43,481 nucleotides of DNA from a virus (lineage: Duplodnaviria; Caudoviricetes): positions 1 through 43,481 of IMG/VR virus record IMGVR_UViG_3300048599_000711. The stretch is one strand, 5' to 3'. This document shows positions 1 to 9,734 of this stretch, piece after piece. The notes under the pieces were generated by a model. The model was not told where the DNA came from. It made no database searches and saw nothing but the letters and a program-made list of their open reading frames with translations. A program made the position numbers and the translations under genes. Within the stretch, counting starts at the first letter, position 1; every line of letters starts with the position of its first letter.

Positions 1-3000
1 GTGACCATTGTTGATGAGATCAAATCACGGATTGATATCCTGGACGAGATCGGCGCAAGCGTCAAGTTGAAACGAACCGGGAAGAATCATGTGGGACTTT
101 GCCCGTTTCACCCGAATTCACGGACGCCCGCCCTGGCCGTTTTCCCTGGCACACAAACCTGGAAATGTTTTGGCTGTGAGAAAGGCGGAGACGTTTTTGA
201 TTTTGTGATGCTGCGCGAGGGCTGGGATTTCAAAGAGACGATGCGTTACCTGGCCGGGAAAGCGGGTATTGAGCTGAAGCCGCTGACACCGGATGAACAG
301 CAGCGCCTGGACGCGAAACGGGAACGGGAAGCCATCTTTGGCGCAGCAGCCGACTATTTCAGAAAGCAATTGGGCGCGCCGACGATGCTGCCGGTGCCAG
401 CCAGCGCAATGAACCCGGGCCTGGTATATGCCTTATATGAACGGCGTTGGACCACCGCCACCCTGCGCGACTCGTGGACCGGTTATTTTGGTAAAGATTG
501 GAATGGGCTGCGGGCGCACTTCCAACAGACCGGAATCAACCTGGAAGCACCCGCCGCGGTGGCGTTGATCGGCTTTCAGGGAGATGTGGCCGCCTGGGGG
601 CAGCGCTGGGGCGTGAAAGTAGCCGCCGGGTGGGTAGAAGATCGAAAGATTCCAGCGATGCCGCCCAACATGTTAATTTATGTCCACCTGGTGCGCGGGC
701 GAGTGATCTACCTTTCCGGGCGCAAACTGGAAGTAAAAGAGGACCAGGCCAAGAGCTGGAACCCGCCCAGTGAGCTGGTGGGCGACCGATCGGTATATTT
801 CAACCAGGTGTGGTGGGGCGAGAAAGAGTCGAAATTTCTGGTGATCGTCGAAGGGCAGGCAGACGCCAAGACCCTGGGGCAATGGAACATCCCAGCCGTA
901 GCACTGTGTGGATCGTCGATTTCTTATGAACACAGCGATAAAAGCGAGGACGGCGGAAAACCGCCCAGTTCCGATAATCTTTTATTATCGGAACTGAGAC
1001 GAAAAACGGGCAAAACTGGGCGAATCGTGGTCGGTCTGGACCGGGAAGAAGAGCAAAAGAAGGCCCTTGCCATCCACGAAAAGACTAAAAAGCTTATACA
1101 AGATCTTTCCGGCAGCGGGTTCACCGTCGTTCAGCTTGCCAGGGTGGAATGGCCGCTGCATGACGCCAACGCCTGGCTGCAAGACGGCGGCACGGCAGCG
1201 GCAGCCAACCTGCTGGTAAGCCGCGCAGAAACTGTCCTGCAAGACCTGATCGCCAACGCCGAACCCACCGGCGACTCGACTGAGGGCGGCAAGAGCGACG
1301 AAGAGGCGGTACAAAAGCTGTTCGCCGAACTGGCCCGGCTGGGCCCGTTTGATGTGGAGCGGGTGCGCGATGAAGTTACCGACCGGCTGCGCCTGCGGAA
1401 GCGCATGTTTGATGGGCTGCTGAAAGCCGCCCGACGCGACGCCGGGCGCAATGATGACGGCGAGCCCGCGTATTTCGTCGAGGGGGGAAGAATTTTTGCC
1501 AGGTACTTCGACCAACGCGGGGGAGAAACGGTCGAAGCCCTGTGCAACTTTTCCGCGGCGATTCAGGGCGATGTGCTGCGCGATAACGGGCAGGACATTA
1601 TCCGTGAGTTTCATATTCGCGGCACGATTGGGAAGTTTAACCTGCCGCTGGCGCGAGTGCGCGCAGAAGATTTCTCGAAGATGGACTGGGTGCTGAGCAG
1701 TTGGGGGAGCCGGGCCATCATCGAAGCGGGCTCTCGGCGGCGGGATCAATTGCGGGCTGCCATTCAACACCTGAGCCCGGATGTGCAGCGCATGGTGGTC
1801 TATACCCACACCGGATGGCGGGATATTGACAGCGGAACGGGTAACAAACGGATTTACCTGACCGCGGCCGGGGCCGTGGGCGGCGACCATGTGGATGTTG
1901 AGCTGGACCGGGATCTTGAGCTATACGCAGTCCCGCCGATTGCGAAAGACCCGGCCGACGCGATGGCGCTGAGCCTGACCTATCTGGACATTGCGCCCGA
2001 CCGGGTGGCCTTTCCGCTGTGGGCCGCCATGTTCCTGCCCCCACTGCGGGACCTGGTGAATGTAGCGTTTGCGCTGTGGATTTATGGCGCCAGCGGAACG
2101 ATGAAAAGCACCTACGCAGCGCTGGCGCTGAACCATTACGGGCCGCAGTTCGACGACAAGCACCTTCCAGCCAACTTCACCGACACGGCCAACCGGCTGG
2201 AGCAAAAATCGTTTGTCGTCAAAGATGCGCCCCTGTTGATCGACGATTTCGCGCCGCAGAAGGACCAGCGCAGCTATACCGAATACACCCGCACCGCACA
2301 CCGCATTGTACGCGCCGCCGGGAACCTGGCTGGCCGCGGGCGGCTTTCGGCGGACTCGACGGCCCGGGCAACCTACGATCCGCGCAGCCTGGTGATGATC
2401 ACCGGCGAGGACCTGCCAGAAAGCGAAAGCCTGGTTGCGCGGTTGTTTGTGGTGGAGGTGAACCGCGGCGACGTGGATAAGGCGAAGTTATCCGCGCTCC
2501 AGGCAAAGCGGGAACGGTTGAGCCACGCGATGAGCGGGTACCTGACCTGGGCCAGCCAAAATTGGTCCACCTGGACAGAATCCGTACCGAAACAATGGCG
2601 AACGTACCGGCAGGAAGAATTTGAGGCCGGGTATCATCTGCGGCTGCCTGAAGCAGTCGCTGGGCTGATGATCGGGACCGAAATGGGGCTGCGCTACGCG
2701 CTCACCCTGGGCGTGATTAACTCAAACAAGTTTCACCGCCTCACGGAGCGCGCGCGGGTTGCTCTCCGAGAAGGCGCGCAAGCCATGAGCAACCGGGTGA
2801 AAGAGGAAAAGCCCGAGATGCTGTTCATCCGCACCATCAGTGACCTGCTGGTCCAAGGGAAGATCTACTTCCGAGGGATTAATGAAATGTACCCTCCCAT
2901 CGGCGGTCCTGCTGAACACTCGGAAATGCTGGGATGGTATGACCTCGACCGGTTCTATCTATTGCCTGAAGCGACCTATAACCGGATTTCAAAGCATTTT

Positions 3001-3198
3001 CGGGACCAGGGCAATGTATTCCCGGTCCGAGAGGTTACGCTGCGGAAGATGCTGGCCGAAGCCGGGATGATTGAAATGGAAACAACAAAGGATGGTATTT
3101 CCCGACGAACCAAATCCATCAATGTCGAAAAGGCCTCAAGGCGCGTCATGGTGCTGCGGCGTTCTTTACTCCAGGAACAGGAAGGAGAGGAGAAATAG
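1..3198 (+). CDS. Phage primase-helicase fusion (CHC2 Zn finger, TOPRIM, DUF927-like/SF3 helicase)
   Basis: N-terminal CPFH...WKCFGC, VEGQADA TOPRIM motif, Walker A GASGTMKST, Walker B LLIDD. Confidence 0.88.
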   Translation: MTIVDEIKSRIDILDEIGASVKLKRTGKNHVGLCPFHPNSRTPALAVFPGTQTWKCFGCEKGGDVFDFVMLREGWDFKETMRYLAGKAGIELKPLTPDEQQRLDAKREREAIFGAAADYFRKQLGAPTMLPVPASAMNPGLVYALYERRWTTATLRDSWTGYFGKDWNGLRAHFQQTGINLEAPAAVALIGFQGDVAAWGQRWGVKVAAGWVEDRKIPAMPPNMLIYVHLVRGRVIYLSGRKLEVKEDQAKSWNPPSELVGDRSVYFNQVWWGEKESKFLVIVEGQADAKTLGQWNIPAVALCGSSISYEHSDKSEDGGKPPSSDNLLLSELRRKTGKTGRIVVGLDREEEQKKALAIHEKTKKLIQDLSGSGFTVVQLARVEWPLHDANAWLQDGGTAAAANLLVSRAETVLQDLIANAEPTGDSTEGGKSDEEAVQKLFAELARLGPFDVERVRDEVTDRLRLRKRMFDGLLKAARRDAGRNDDGEPAYFVEGGRIFARYFDQRGGETVEALCNFSAAIQGDVLRDNGQDIIREFHIRGTIGKFNLPLARVRAEDFSKMDWVLSSWGSRAIIEAGSRRRDQLRAAIQHLSPDVQRMVVYTHTGWRDIDSGTGNKRIYLTAAGAVGGDHVDVELDRDLELYAVPPIAKDPADAMALSLTYLDIAPDRVAFPLWAAMFLPPLRDLVNVAFALWIYGASGTMKSTYAALALNHYGPQFDDKHLPANFTDTANRLEQKSFVVKDAPLLIDDFAPQKDQRSYTEYTRTAHRIVRAAGNLAGRGRLSADSTARATYDPRSLVMITGEDLPESESLVARLFVVEVNRGDVDKAKLSALQAKRERLSHAMSGYLTWASQNWSTWTESVPKQWRTYRQEEFEAGYHLRLPEAVAGLMIGTEMGLRYALTLGVINSNKFHRLTERARVALREGAQAMSNRVKEEKPEMLFIRTISDLLVQGKIYFRGINEMYPPIGGPAEHSEMLGWYDLDRFYLLPEATYNRISKHFRDQGNVFPVREVTLRKMLAEAGMIEMETTKDGISRRTKSINVEKASRRVMVLRRSLLQEQEGEEK
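971..991. repeat. Dif-like palindrome copy 1 (intragenic, 7-nt spacer)
   Basis: CCGATAA TCTTTTA TTATCGG; inverted arms extend to CAGTTCCGATAAT/ATTATCGGAACTG (966-996). Confidence 0.85.
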
Positions 3199-3404
3199 TG
3201 AATCAACAATTCGATGACCTAAAACAAACCTTCCAGAAAATTGCCTCGATGTCTCAAGGTGAGCGTTACGACCTGCTGAATGAATTGGCGAAGAAAGGTT
3301 TTGTGATCACGATCACCCTACAGACTGACGACGAAGGCGTTTTGCATGAATCAATCTTCTTCCAGACAAAAGAAGAAGTTGTGAATACCAGAACCGGTAA
3401 TTGA
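3198..3404 (+). CDS. Hypothetical protein
   Basis: 68-aa ORF coupled to the primase stop, with GGAG upstream. Confidence 0.6.
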   Translation: MNQQFDDLKQTFQKIASMSQGERYDLLNELAKKGFVITITLQTDDEGVLHESIFFQTKEEVVNTRTGN

Positions 3405-3413
3405 TGTTATCAG
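3394..3413. repeat. Dif-like palindrome copy 2
   Basis: CCGGTAA TTGATG TTATCAG, overlapping a stop codon just upstream of parB. Confidence 0.75.
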
Positions 3414-3425
3414 AAGGAGTTCGAA

Positions 3426-4355
3426 ATGAGTAAGAAAGCAAAGTCAACGACTTTATCAACCGCACCGACGCCCACGCCTGCCGCATCTTTGAATGGCCTG
3501 GTCGAAATGCCTCTGGAGTTGATCTTGCCCAATCCCGAGCAGCCCAGGGTTACATTCAACCCAATGGAGCTGGATGACCTGGCGCAATCGATTCGCGAAA
3601 ACGGTGTGATCCAGCCGGTGATTGTTGAACCCGCCGAAAACGGAATGTATTACCTGCATGCCGGTGAACGGCGAACCCGGGCAGCCCGCCTGGCCGGCCT
3701 GACGACCATTCCAGCCGTGATCACTCCCCGCCTAAATGGCCATGGCAGCCAGGATCGGCTGGTGCGGGCGTTGGTAGAAAATCTTCAGCGCGCGGACATG
3801 AACCCGGTAGAAGAGGCGAAAGGATATCAACGGTTGGTCGAAATGGGTTTTTCGATGAATGATATCGCGCTGAAAATGGGGATCAGTTCCGCCCGGGTCG
3901 CTTCGCGGTTGAAAATTCTGGAACTGGATCAACCAATTCAGGACTTAATTCAATCCGGCAAGCTTTCAAAGGACAACCGTCTCACGGCTGCACTGATGGA
4001 CATTCCTGACTCAGCAGCTCGTGTGAAAATGGCGAAAACGCTGGCAGACCGGAACGCATCAATCACTGCCGGGCTGGAAGCCTGCGACCGGCTGAAGCAT
4101 TCTCTGCAAGCGAAAAAAATCAGCTCGAACGAAATTCCTGCGATCCAATTAGCCAGCCAAAAGGCGGGCGCCGTGAATCGGCCGATCTGGAATGCCTTTT
4201 CTTCCGTCGGAAAGGTACCGCCCTGGCCGCTGATGGAGATCTCTGTAAGGGATACCTGTAACCGGTGCGGTTTGCGCGATGTGGCCAGTGAAACCACCTG
4301 TAACGGATGCGCGCTTGTGGAACTGCTGCGCCAGATGATCGGAGCGACCCAATGA
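3426..4355 (+). CDS. ParB/RepB/Spo0J family protein
   Basis: PNPEQPR, GVIQPV, AGERRTRA, ENLQRADMNPVEEA motifs plus HTH; C-terminal CxxC...CxxC. Confidence 0.92.
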   Translation: MSKKAKSTTLSTAPTPTPAASLNGLVEMPLELILPNPEQPRVTFNPMELDDLAQSIRENGVIQPVIVEPAENGMYYLHAGERRTRAARLAGLTTIPAVITPRLNGHGSQDRLVRALVENLQRADMNPVEEAKGYQRLVEMGFSMNDIALKMGISSARVASRLKILELDQPIQDLIQSGKLSKDNRLTAALMDIPDSAARVKMAKTLADRNASITAGLEACDRLKHSLQAKKISSNEIPAIQLASQKAGAVNRPIWNAFSSVGKVPPWPLMEISVRDTCNRCGLRDVASETTCNGCALVELLRQMIGATQ

Positions 4356-5293
4356 GCGATTTAGATCAATTGATCGGAACGATTGTGAGTGATGCGCAGA
4401 TCAGCACGGGAGCCCCGATTGAATGGATGCAAGCCAGGAATCTGGTTGCCCGGCCAACGCAATCTGAAACAAAACAGAAACACCAGGCGTGGACAGAAGA
4501 GGAGGAACAGTTTTACCTGGAGAACGCCGGCAAACTCTCTCTTGAAGATATTGCATCTGCCTTGGGACGGACAGAAAACGCTATCAAATGTCATTGGTTT
4601 AAGAAAGGACTGCCGCCGCCTACCAAACAACCGGATTACCTAACCACTCACCAGATCGCTGTTCTTTTGGGCGTTGATTCCCACAAGACTCCGACCTGGG
4701 TGGATCAAGGTATTCTGCCGGGGGCGAAAATCCCAGGATTCACACAACCGATCCGGCGAGTGAAGTGGATACACTTCAAAATGTGGCTGGTACGGCCAAC
4801 ATCCTGGGTCTATTTTGATGTGCAGAAAATCAAGAACGCTTCGCTCCGACGATTCGTTCAAGTCGCCCAGCAACGCTGGGGGGATGAATGGTGGACCACG
4901 CGCCAGGTTGCCGATTATCACGGGTGTTTACCTCAAGATATCAAACGGTTTATCAAGCGAGGAGAATTACCCGCTTTCCGTGCTATCGGAATGGGCGGAC
5001 GGGCGAAAGATCAGTATTGGGCCTACTGGTTTGTGAAGCGCTCAGATGCTCTGAATCTGAAGATTAAGCGGAAATCGAATCCCGCAGAAACATGGGAAAC
5101 AAAAGCATGGAGCCAGCGGGCGGATGATTTTATCCGCCGGATGAGAGCAGAGGGGAAGAAATATTCCGACATCGCTCGGATGATGAAATGGTCGGTCAAA
5201 CAGGTCGAATATCGCGCACTATGCATCTCAGACACAGGGAACTGGGCAAAACGAGCAAGGAGGAATGGGCGTGAAAACCAAAATGACTTATGA
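4352..5293 (+). CDS. Multi-HTH DNA-binding protein
   Basis: WTEEEEQF...IASALGRTENAI Myb/GcrA-like repeat, excisionase-like HTH segments (LTTHQIAVLLGV, WTTRQVADYHG); ATG overlaps the parB stop. Confidence 0.65.
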   Translation: MSDLDQLIGTIVSDAQISTGAPIEWMQARNLVARPTQSETKQKHQAWTEEEEQFYLENAGKLSLEDIASALGRTENAIKCHWFKKGLPPPTKQPDYLTTHQIAVLLGVDSHKTPTWVDQGILPGAKIPGFTQPIRRVKWIHFKMWLVRPTSWVYFDVQKIKNASLRRFVQVAQQRWGDEWWTTRQVADYHGCLPQDIKRFIKRGELPAFRAIGMGGRAKDQYWAYWFVKRSDALNLKIKRKSNPAETWETKAWSQRADDFIRRMRAEGKKYSDIARMMKWSVKQVEYRALCISDTGNWAKRARRNGRENQNDL

Positions 5294-5852
5294 GAAAGCA
5301 TTGAAACTGGCGGACGATTTCCGCACGGTGTTGGCGCCAGGGTGTGAACGGATTGAAATCGCCGGCAGCCTGCGGCGAGCGAAAGAAGAGGTTGGCGATA
5401 TTGAGTTGGTGGCAATACCCAAAGTCGAACCTGTGACCGGTCTATTCGGGGAAGCTGTGGCTCAACGGTCCATCCTGGATGAGATTATTTCGACTCATTA
5501 TGTCCTTCAGAAGGGTGACCAGAAATATAAGCAAATTGATCTTGGTGAGATCGTTTGTGATCTTTACATTGCCACACCAGAAACCTGGGGCGTGATTTAT
5601 CTCATCCGAACCGGCTGCGCGGAATTTGCCAAATGGATGGTGACCGAACGGCAAAAAGACGGCGCCCTGCCAAGTTTTTTAAAAGTCCATGAGGGACGAA
5701 TCTGGTCAAAGTCGCATCCTGGTTATGCGCTTCCCTCTCCGGAAGAGGAAGATGTTTTTACCATATACGGTCTTCAGTGGATTCCTCCAGAGGAGCGGAT
5801 TTGCGGCTTTTGGGGAGAATTGGGAAAGTTTTTGAAGAGGGGCACGAAATGA
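5283..5852 (+). CDS. Minimal DNA polymerase X/beta-family nucleotidyltransferase (palm-thumb)
   Basis: IAGSLRR...GDIELV, YLIRTG and EEEDVF...WIPPEER PolX motifs. Confidence 0.85.
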   Translation: MTYEKALKLADDFRTVLAPGCERIEIAGSLRRAKEEVGDIELVAIPKVEPVTGLFGEAVAQRSILDEIISTHYVLQKGDQKYKQIDLGEIVCDLYIATPETWGVIYLIRTGCAEFAKWMVTERQKDGALPSFLKVHEGRIWSKSHPGYALPSPEEEDVFTIYGLQWIPPEERICGFWGELGKFLKRGTK

Positions 5853-6178
5853 AAACAGAGGAGCGTATTTTGATTGGCGCGGAATCCATACTTCAGGTGC
5901 CAAGAACCGTCGCGGTTTGTCCTTATTGCGACGGGCAACTTACAGTTTATTTCGATGGGTTTGATCAACAAGATGATGGAACCTGGGCTGCTGCTTCTCT
6001 GAATGTTGAGTGCGAGACGGAACCAGCCGTTGAAAGTAAAAATTGGGACGACTGGTTCGCGTCGCACTCTGATATGCCCTATGTGTATCAATTACCGGTT
6101 GATGAGGAAATAAAAGCATGGATCAACAAGAATTTCATCTTTGAAATCGAGAATGAAACAGGGGACAAACGAAAATGA
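5849..6178 (+). CDS. Hypothetical protein (CPYC motif)
   Basis: ORF overlaps its neighbours in ATGA fashion. Confidence 0.6.
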   Translation: MKTEERILIGAESILQVPRTVAVCPYCDGQLTVYFDGFDQQDDGTWAAASLNVECETEPAVESKNWDDWFASHSDMPYVYQLPVDEEIKAWINKNFIFEIENETGDKRK

Positions 6179-6744
6179 GTACACCAGACAGCATTATTTC
6201 ACGGCTTCGGGCAATCAAAAATTTGATGTCTGATCCCGCGGCTACCTCCGGGGAGAGAGAAAACGCTTCAGAATTACTCCAAACCCTTTTAAAGAAGTAT
6301 AGCCTTACCGAAAAAGATCTTCTCAGTGAAGAAACTGATGTAATCAAGTTTGATGTTTCAGATGAATATGAGCGGAAGCTTCTCGTTCAGATCGTTTGTC
6401 AAGTTGTTGGAGTTGGGAAAATTACATGCTGGTCAAGAAATCCGTATTCTGGACGAACAGCCAAAAATCATATGTGGTTCGAATTAACGAAAGTGCAGAG
6501 TAAGGAGGTTACTACCCTTTATACACATTATCGAAAAGATCTTCAGAAAGGACTGATGAAATTTTTTAAAGCTTTCGTTCAAGCAAATAAGATTTTCCCA
6601 GCAGAGGCAGACAATGCTGAAAGTGCAATGCTTTCACCGGACGAAATCCAAGAGCTCTTGGAAATTCTTGCTTTGACGAAGTCCATAAAACCCAATCCAT
6701 TACCCCAAAAATATTCTCTCCTAGAGGATGGAAAAAATGAATAG
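6175..6744 (+). CDS. Phage protein with DUF2786-like N-terminus
   Basis: IISRLRAIKNL...GERENA...LLKKY pattern. Confidence 0.6.
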   Translation: MSTPDSIISRLRAIKNLMSDPAATSGERENASELLQTLLKKYSLTEKDLLSEETDVIKFDVSDEYERKLLVQIVCQVVGVGKITCWSRNPYSGRTAKNHMWFELTKVQSKEVTTLYTHYRKDLQKGLMKFFKAFVQANKIFPAEADNAESAMLSPDEIQELLEILALTKSIKPNPLPQKYSLLEDGKNE

Positions 6745-7000
6745 CTCATTCGAAGAATCAATTTGCTCTTATAAGATAGGCGATATGGTCCAATGGACTC
6801 ACCGTCGAGATCGCGGGCGCACAATCCAATATTTTGCCATGGAAGGCAAAATACTAGAGATCAACGGAAATCTAGCGGTAATCAAACGAACGGGATCCGG
6901 AAGGAAATATACTGTTGCGCTGACGCGGTTACGGTCGATCGATGAGGTCAACGAGTTGACTGAGTGGGTATTGGGCAAAAAGAGCAGAACCGATAAGTAA
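6737..7000 (+). CDS. Hypothetical SH3-like small protein
   Basis: YKIGDMVQW...GKILEI pattern; coupled ORF. Confidence 0.55.
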   Translation: MNSSFEESICSYKIGDMVQWTHRRDRGRTIQYFAMEGKILEINGNLAVIKRTGSGRKYTVALTRLRSIDEVNELTEWVLGKKSRTDK

Positions 7001-7009
7001 CCTTATCGG
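6990..7009. repeat. Dif-like palindrome copy 3
   Basis: CCGATAA GTAACC TTATCGG overlapping a stop codon. Confidence 0.9.
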
Positions 7010-7030
7010 CATAACCAAGAGGGGAAAAAA

Positions 7031-7702
7031 GGCTATTCGGAATAGTGTGTGGAATTCCCCCTTCGGAATAGTTGTACATCAAGGTCAAAAAGCGGAATAA
7101 CGTGTGGAACTAACAGGAGTTTGATATGGATACCTCTGATGGTGTTTTGAGCAAGCAAGGGCTTTATCTGAAGTACATCATTCAGCATACTGATGGTCAT
7201 CCGGTTGACCCCAACGCGCTATATTTCGTGCTTCGCTACGATGAGGACACCGAGTGGAGCCGGATTGGGCGCGAATCGCTTTGGGCAATGTGCAAGCGCA
7301 TTGAGAAAGAAGCCCCATCTCTGGTGGCTGACATTCGGGCGAAAGTCAGCCAGGTAGGCTTGTGGCGCATTTTTTCCAATGATGTTGACACGTTTGTCGC
7401 TATGGATATGGACGATCTGCCGGATGTTTACCAAATGCACTACGGGGAAACTATGACCAGCATGGACGAAGAGTTAGAGAACTGGTCAGAGATTGATCCC
7501 GACAAGCTAATGACCATCTGGTGTGAAGGAGATGATTACAACCCGGAAGACCCTCAGTATCCACCAGAAGCGGAAGTGACCCGCAAGGAAGGCGACTGCC
7601 GGGTGTATATCAAGGCTACCGGCCGCGCCTGGGCAAAGGCAAATGGACGCGGCTTTCTATGCTCAACGGAGTATTGAATTCCACACGAAAATCCGAATAA
7701 CC
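7031..7702. mobile_element. Inverted-repeat-bounded single-gene cassette A
   Basis: Left GGCTATTCGGAATAGTGTGTGGAATTC vs right reverse complement GGTTATTCGGATTTTCGTGTGGAATTC (22/27 match); GAAAAAA immediately outside both ends. Confidence 0.6.
7126..7677 (+). CDS. Hypothetical protein (cargo of cassette A)
   Basis: CAGGAG RBS; stop codon overlaps the right inverted repeat. Confidence 0.75.
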   Translation: MDTSDGVLSKQGLYLKYIIQHTDGHPVDPNALYFVLRYDEDTEWSRIGRESLWAMCKRIEKEAPSLVADIRAKVSQVGLWRIFSNDVDTFVAMDMDDLPDVYQMHYGETMTSMDEELENWSEIDPDKLMTIWCEGDDYNPEDPQYPPEAEVTRKEGDCRVYIKATGRAWAKANGRGFLCSTEY

Positions 7703-7741
7703 GAAAAAAGAATCCCCGGATTGACAATTGAAGGACACTCT

Positions 7742-9004
7742 ATGAAATGGAAAGAACTTGAAATTGAACAGGCGAAAAGCTTGGATTATAAGCTTCAAAT
7801 AGCTTGCAGCATTATTGCCCAAGCATTCAATACAGCTCAACGACCAGCACTAGCCTACAGCGGTGGCAAAGATAGTCATGTGCTGGGCGACATGATTCGC
7901 CGCTTCTTCCCTGACCAGTTCACCCGTTTGGCCGTGATCTTTGGCAACACCGGGGTTGAGTTTCCCGAAAGCGTAAAGTTTGCGCGCAAAACCGGACAGG
8001 AATGGAATTGTGAGTTCCACGAGGCTCGTCCTGGTAAAACTAGTGAGCCCGGTTTCAAATATGCTGGCCAACGTCGGATCTGGGAACGGTTAATCGCAGA
8101 TGGAACTATCTCGGAAGCGCTTAAGCCAGATGGAAAGCTAAAAAGTACCGAAGCTTTAGAGCGCATGTGCCCTGCTAATTTGCGTACAGAGATGGAACAC
8201 GAACGGCTGATATGGCCTGCTGGTACCATGATGAGTTATTGGTGGTGTGCTGACCAATACGGTTGGCCTCTCCTTGGTAAATCCTGGTCACTGCTCGACG
8301 CACGTCGAATCAATATCGATACGTTTATGCGCTTCTCTAAAAGTGAATCCAGAAATCAAAAGCTGCTCAATTATTACGCAATTCTACGCCATGCCAAAAT
8401 CAGTCAGCATTGCTGTAAGGTACTGAAGAAAGAGCCATCTGAGCGTGTACAAGAAGCTATAGGGGTAGATCTAATCTTCAAAGGCCTGATGGCTTCAGAG
8501 AGCCGGTCGCGCACGAAAAACTTCTTAACACGCGGCTATCTGTTCGAAGGTCGAAGGAGAGGATATCTACACGGTGACCCATTCTTTCACTGCCAGCCCT
8601 TAGCAATTTGGACAGATGAGGATATCTGGGCTTATATCAAGCGATTCAGTGTTCCTTACTCGCCGTTATATGACATTACCTACATAACAGAAGATGGACA
8701 TAGGCAGTGTATAAAGCGCAATGGTTGTTTGGGCTGTGGAACAGATTTCGGTTTTAAAAGCAACCATCTATCAATTCTGCGGCAGACGCACCGAACAGCA
8801 TGGCGTACCATCATGCGCGCCGGAATGGGGCAAGAGATCCGCAATCTACAACGTGCCATGAAAGCTGGCCAGATGAACATCTTTGACACGGTGGACACAA
8901 ATGAATTGATTGACATACAACCTTGCGTATTCGACGATATAGACGGGCTGGGCGGAGCAAGTTCGCCAGATGGATTGATATACGACCCTGAGACTGATGT
9001 TTAA
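7742..9004 (+). CDS. PAPS reductase-family (PP-loop) protein
   Basis: AYSGGKDS, NTGVEFPE, CCKVLKKEP, PLAIWTDEDIW, RNGCLGC; start chosen at the ATG after GAAGGA. Confidence 0.88.
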   Translation: MKWKELEIEQAKSLDYKLQIACSIIAQAFNTAQRPALAYSGGKDSHVLGDMIRRFFPDQFTRLAVIFGNTGVEFPESVKFARKTGQEWNCEFHEARPGKTSEPGFKYAGQRRIWERLIADGTISEALKPDGKLKSTEALERMCPANLRTEMEHERLIWPAGTMMSYWWCADQYGWPLLGKSWSLLDARRINIDTFMRFSKSESRNQKLLNYYAILRHAKISQHCCKVLKKEPSERVQEAIGVDLIFKGLMASESRSRTKNFLTRGYLFEGRRRGYLHGDPFFHCQPLAIWTDEDIWAYIKRFSVPYSPLYDITYITEDGHRQCIKRNGCLGCGTDFGFKSNHLSILRQTHRTAWRTIMRAGMGQEIRNLQRAMKAGQMNIFDTVDTNELIDIQPCVFDDIDGLGGASSPDGLIYDPETDV

Positions 9005-9051
9005 TCTGAACCCGAAACCAATAAATAGTTATCAACGGAGGAAATACTGGA

Positions 9052-9531
9052 ATGAAAGCTCTCACACTCACACAACCGTGGGCTTCATTGATTGCAATTG
9101 GAGCAAAACAAATCGAAACACGCAGTTGGTTCACAAAGTATCGTGGTCCCTTAGCAATTCATGCGGCGAAAAGCTTTCCACATTGGGCGCAAGAATTTTG
9201 TCTTGATGAACCCTTCTTTTCCGCATTCATAAAAGCAGGCATCGTTCACGAAGGAAATTGGATTACTGATCTCCCCCTGGGGGAAGTCGTAGCCACCTGC
9301 AATCTCTTTGATTGTGTAGAAATTCCTCCAATGGGATTATTTAGCCATAAAAGAAAGACCATTCGCCATGGAAACACCACCTTCCTTGTTCCACCCAAAG
9401 CTCCAGAACTTACTTTTGGGAATTATGATGTTGGCCGTTTTGCATGGTTATTAACAGATATCTCTTCTTTCGTGGAACCGAAACAAGCAAAAGGCGCTCA
9501 AGGATTATGGGAATGGATTCCTCCAACCTAA
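9052..9531 (+). CDS. ASCH domain protein
   Basis: MKALTLTQPWASLIAIGAKQIETRSW...YRGPLAIHA...KGAQGLWEW. Confidence 0.9.
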   Translation: MKALTLTQPWASLIAIGAKQIETRSWFTKYRGPLAIHAAKSFPHWAQEFCLDEPFFSAFIKAGIVHEGNWITDLPLGEVVATCNLFDCVEIPPMGLFSHKRKTIRHGNTTFLVPPKAPELTFGNYDVGRFAWLLTDISSFVEPKQAKGAQGLWEWIPPT

Positions 9532-9734
9532 CTTACCCCTATCTATGGAGAGTCAGGACCCGGTTGCCAGATCGATTTGGTCAGCGATGCCGGGTCCTGG
9601 TCCGCGGCGGAATGAATTCTTGCCTGGTGGAATTCGAAGATGGATATCAGGTCATCACCAGCCGAAATTATCTTCGAAAGGCAAAAACGGAGCGCAAGGT
9701 TTTATCAGGTATGGAGGTAAAGAAAGATGTTTAA
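9513..9734 (+). CDS. Small phage hypothetical protein
   Basis: GQRCRVLVRGGMNSCLVEFEDG...TSRN; overlaps both neighbours. Confidence 0.6.
   Translation: MDSSNLTYPYLWRVRTRLPDRFGQRCRVLVRGGMNSCLVEFEDGYQVITSRNYLRKAKTERKVLSGMEVKKDV

Noticed and set aside
985-1890. Long antisense ORFs (also 28270-29166, 30966-31817, 33724-34602, 29261-29920)
   Set aside because: They shadow well-supported + strand genes in GC-rich DNA and have no recognisable motifs.
3394-3413. Palindromes as canonical parS sites
   Set aside because: parS is a contiguous 16-bp palindrome (TGTTTCACGTGAAACA-like); these have a variable 6-nt spacer. Binding by the phage ParB is not excluded.
7031-7110. Possible mini-CRISPR array
   Set aside because: Repeat units are only 26-29 nt apart, leaving no real spacers; copies are degenerate, also occur inverted, and no cas genes are present.
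7643-7741. Upstream ORF-track starts (also 33038, 13704, 17114, 21843, 4307)
   Set aside because: The extensions run through repeats, terminators or neighbouring genes; downstream ATGs have RBSs or translational coupling.
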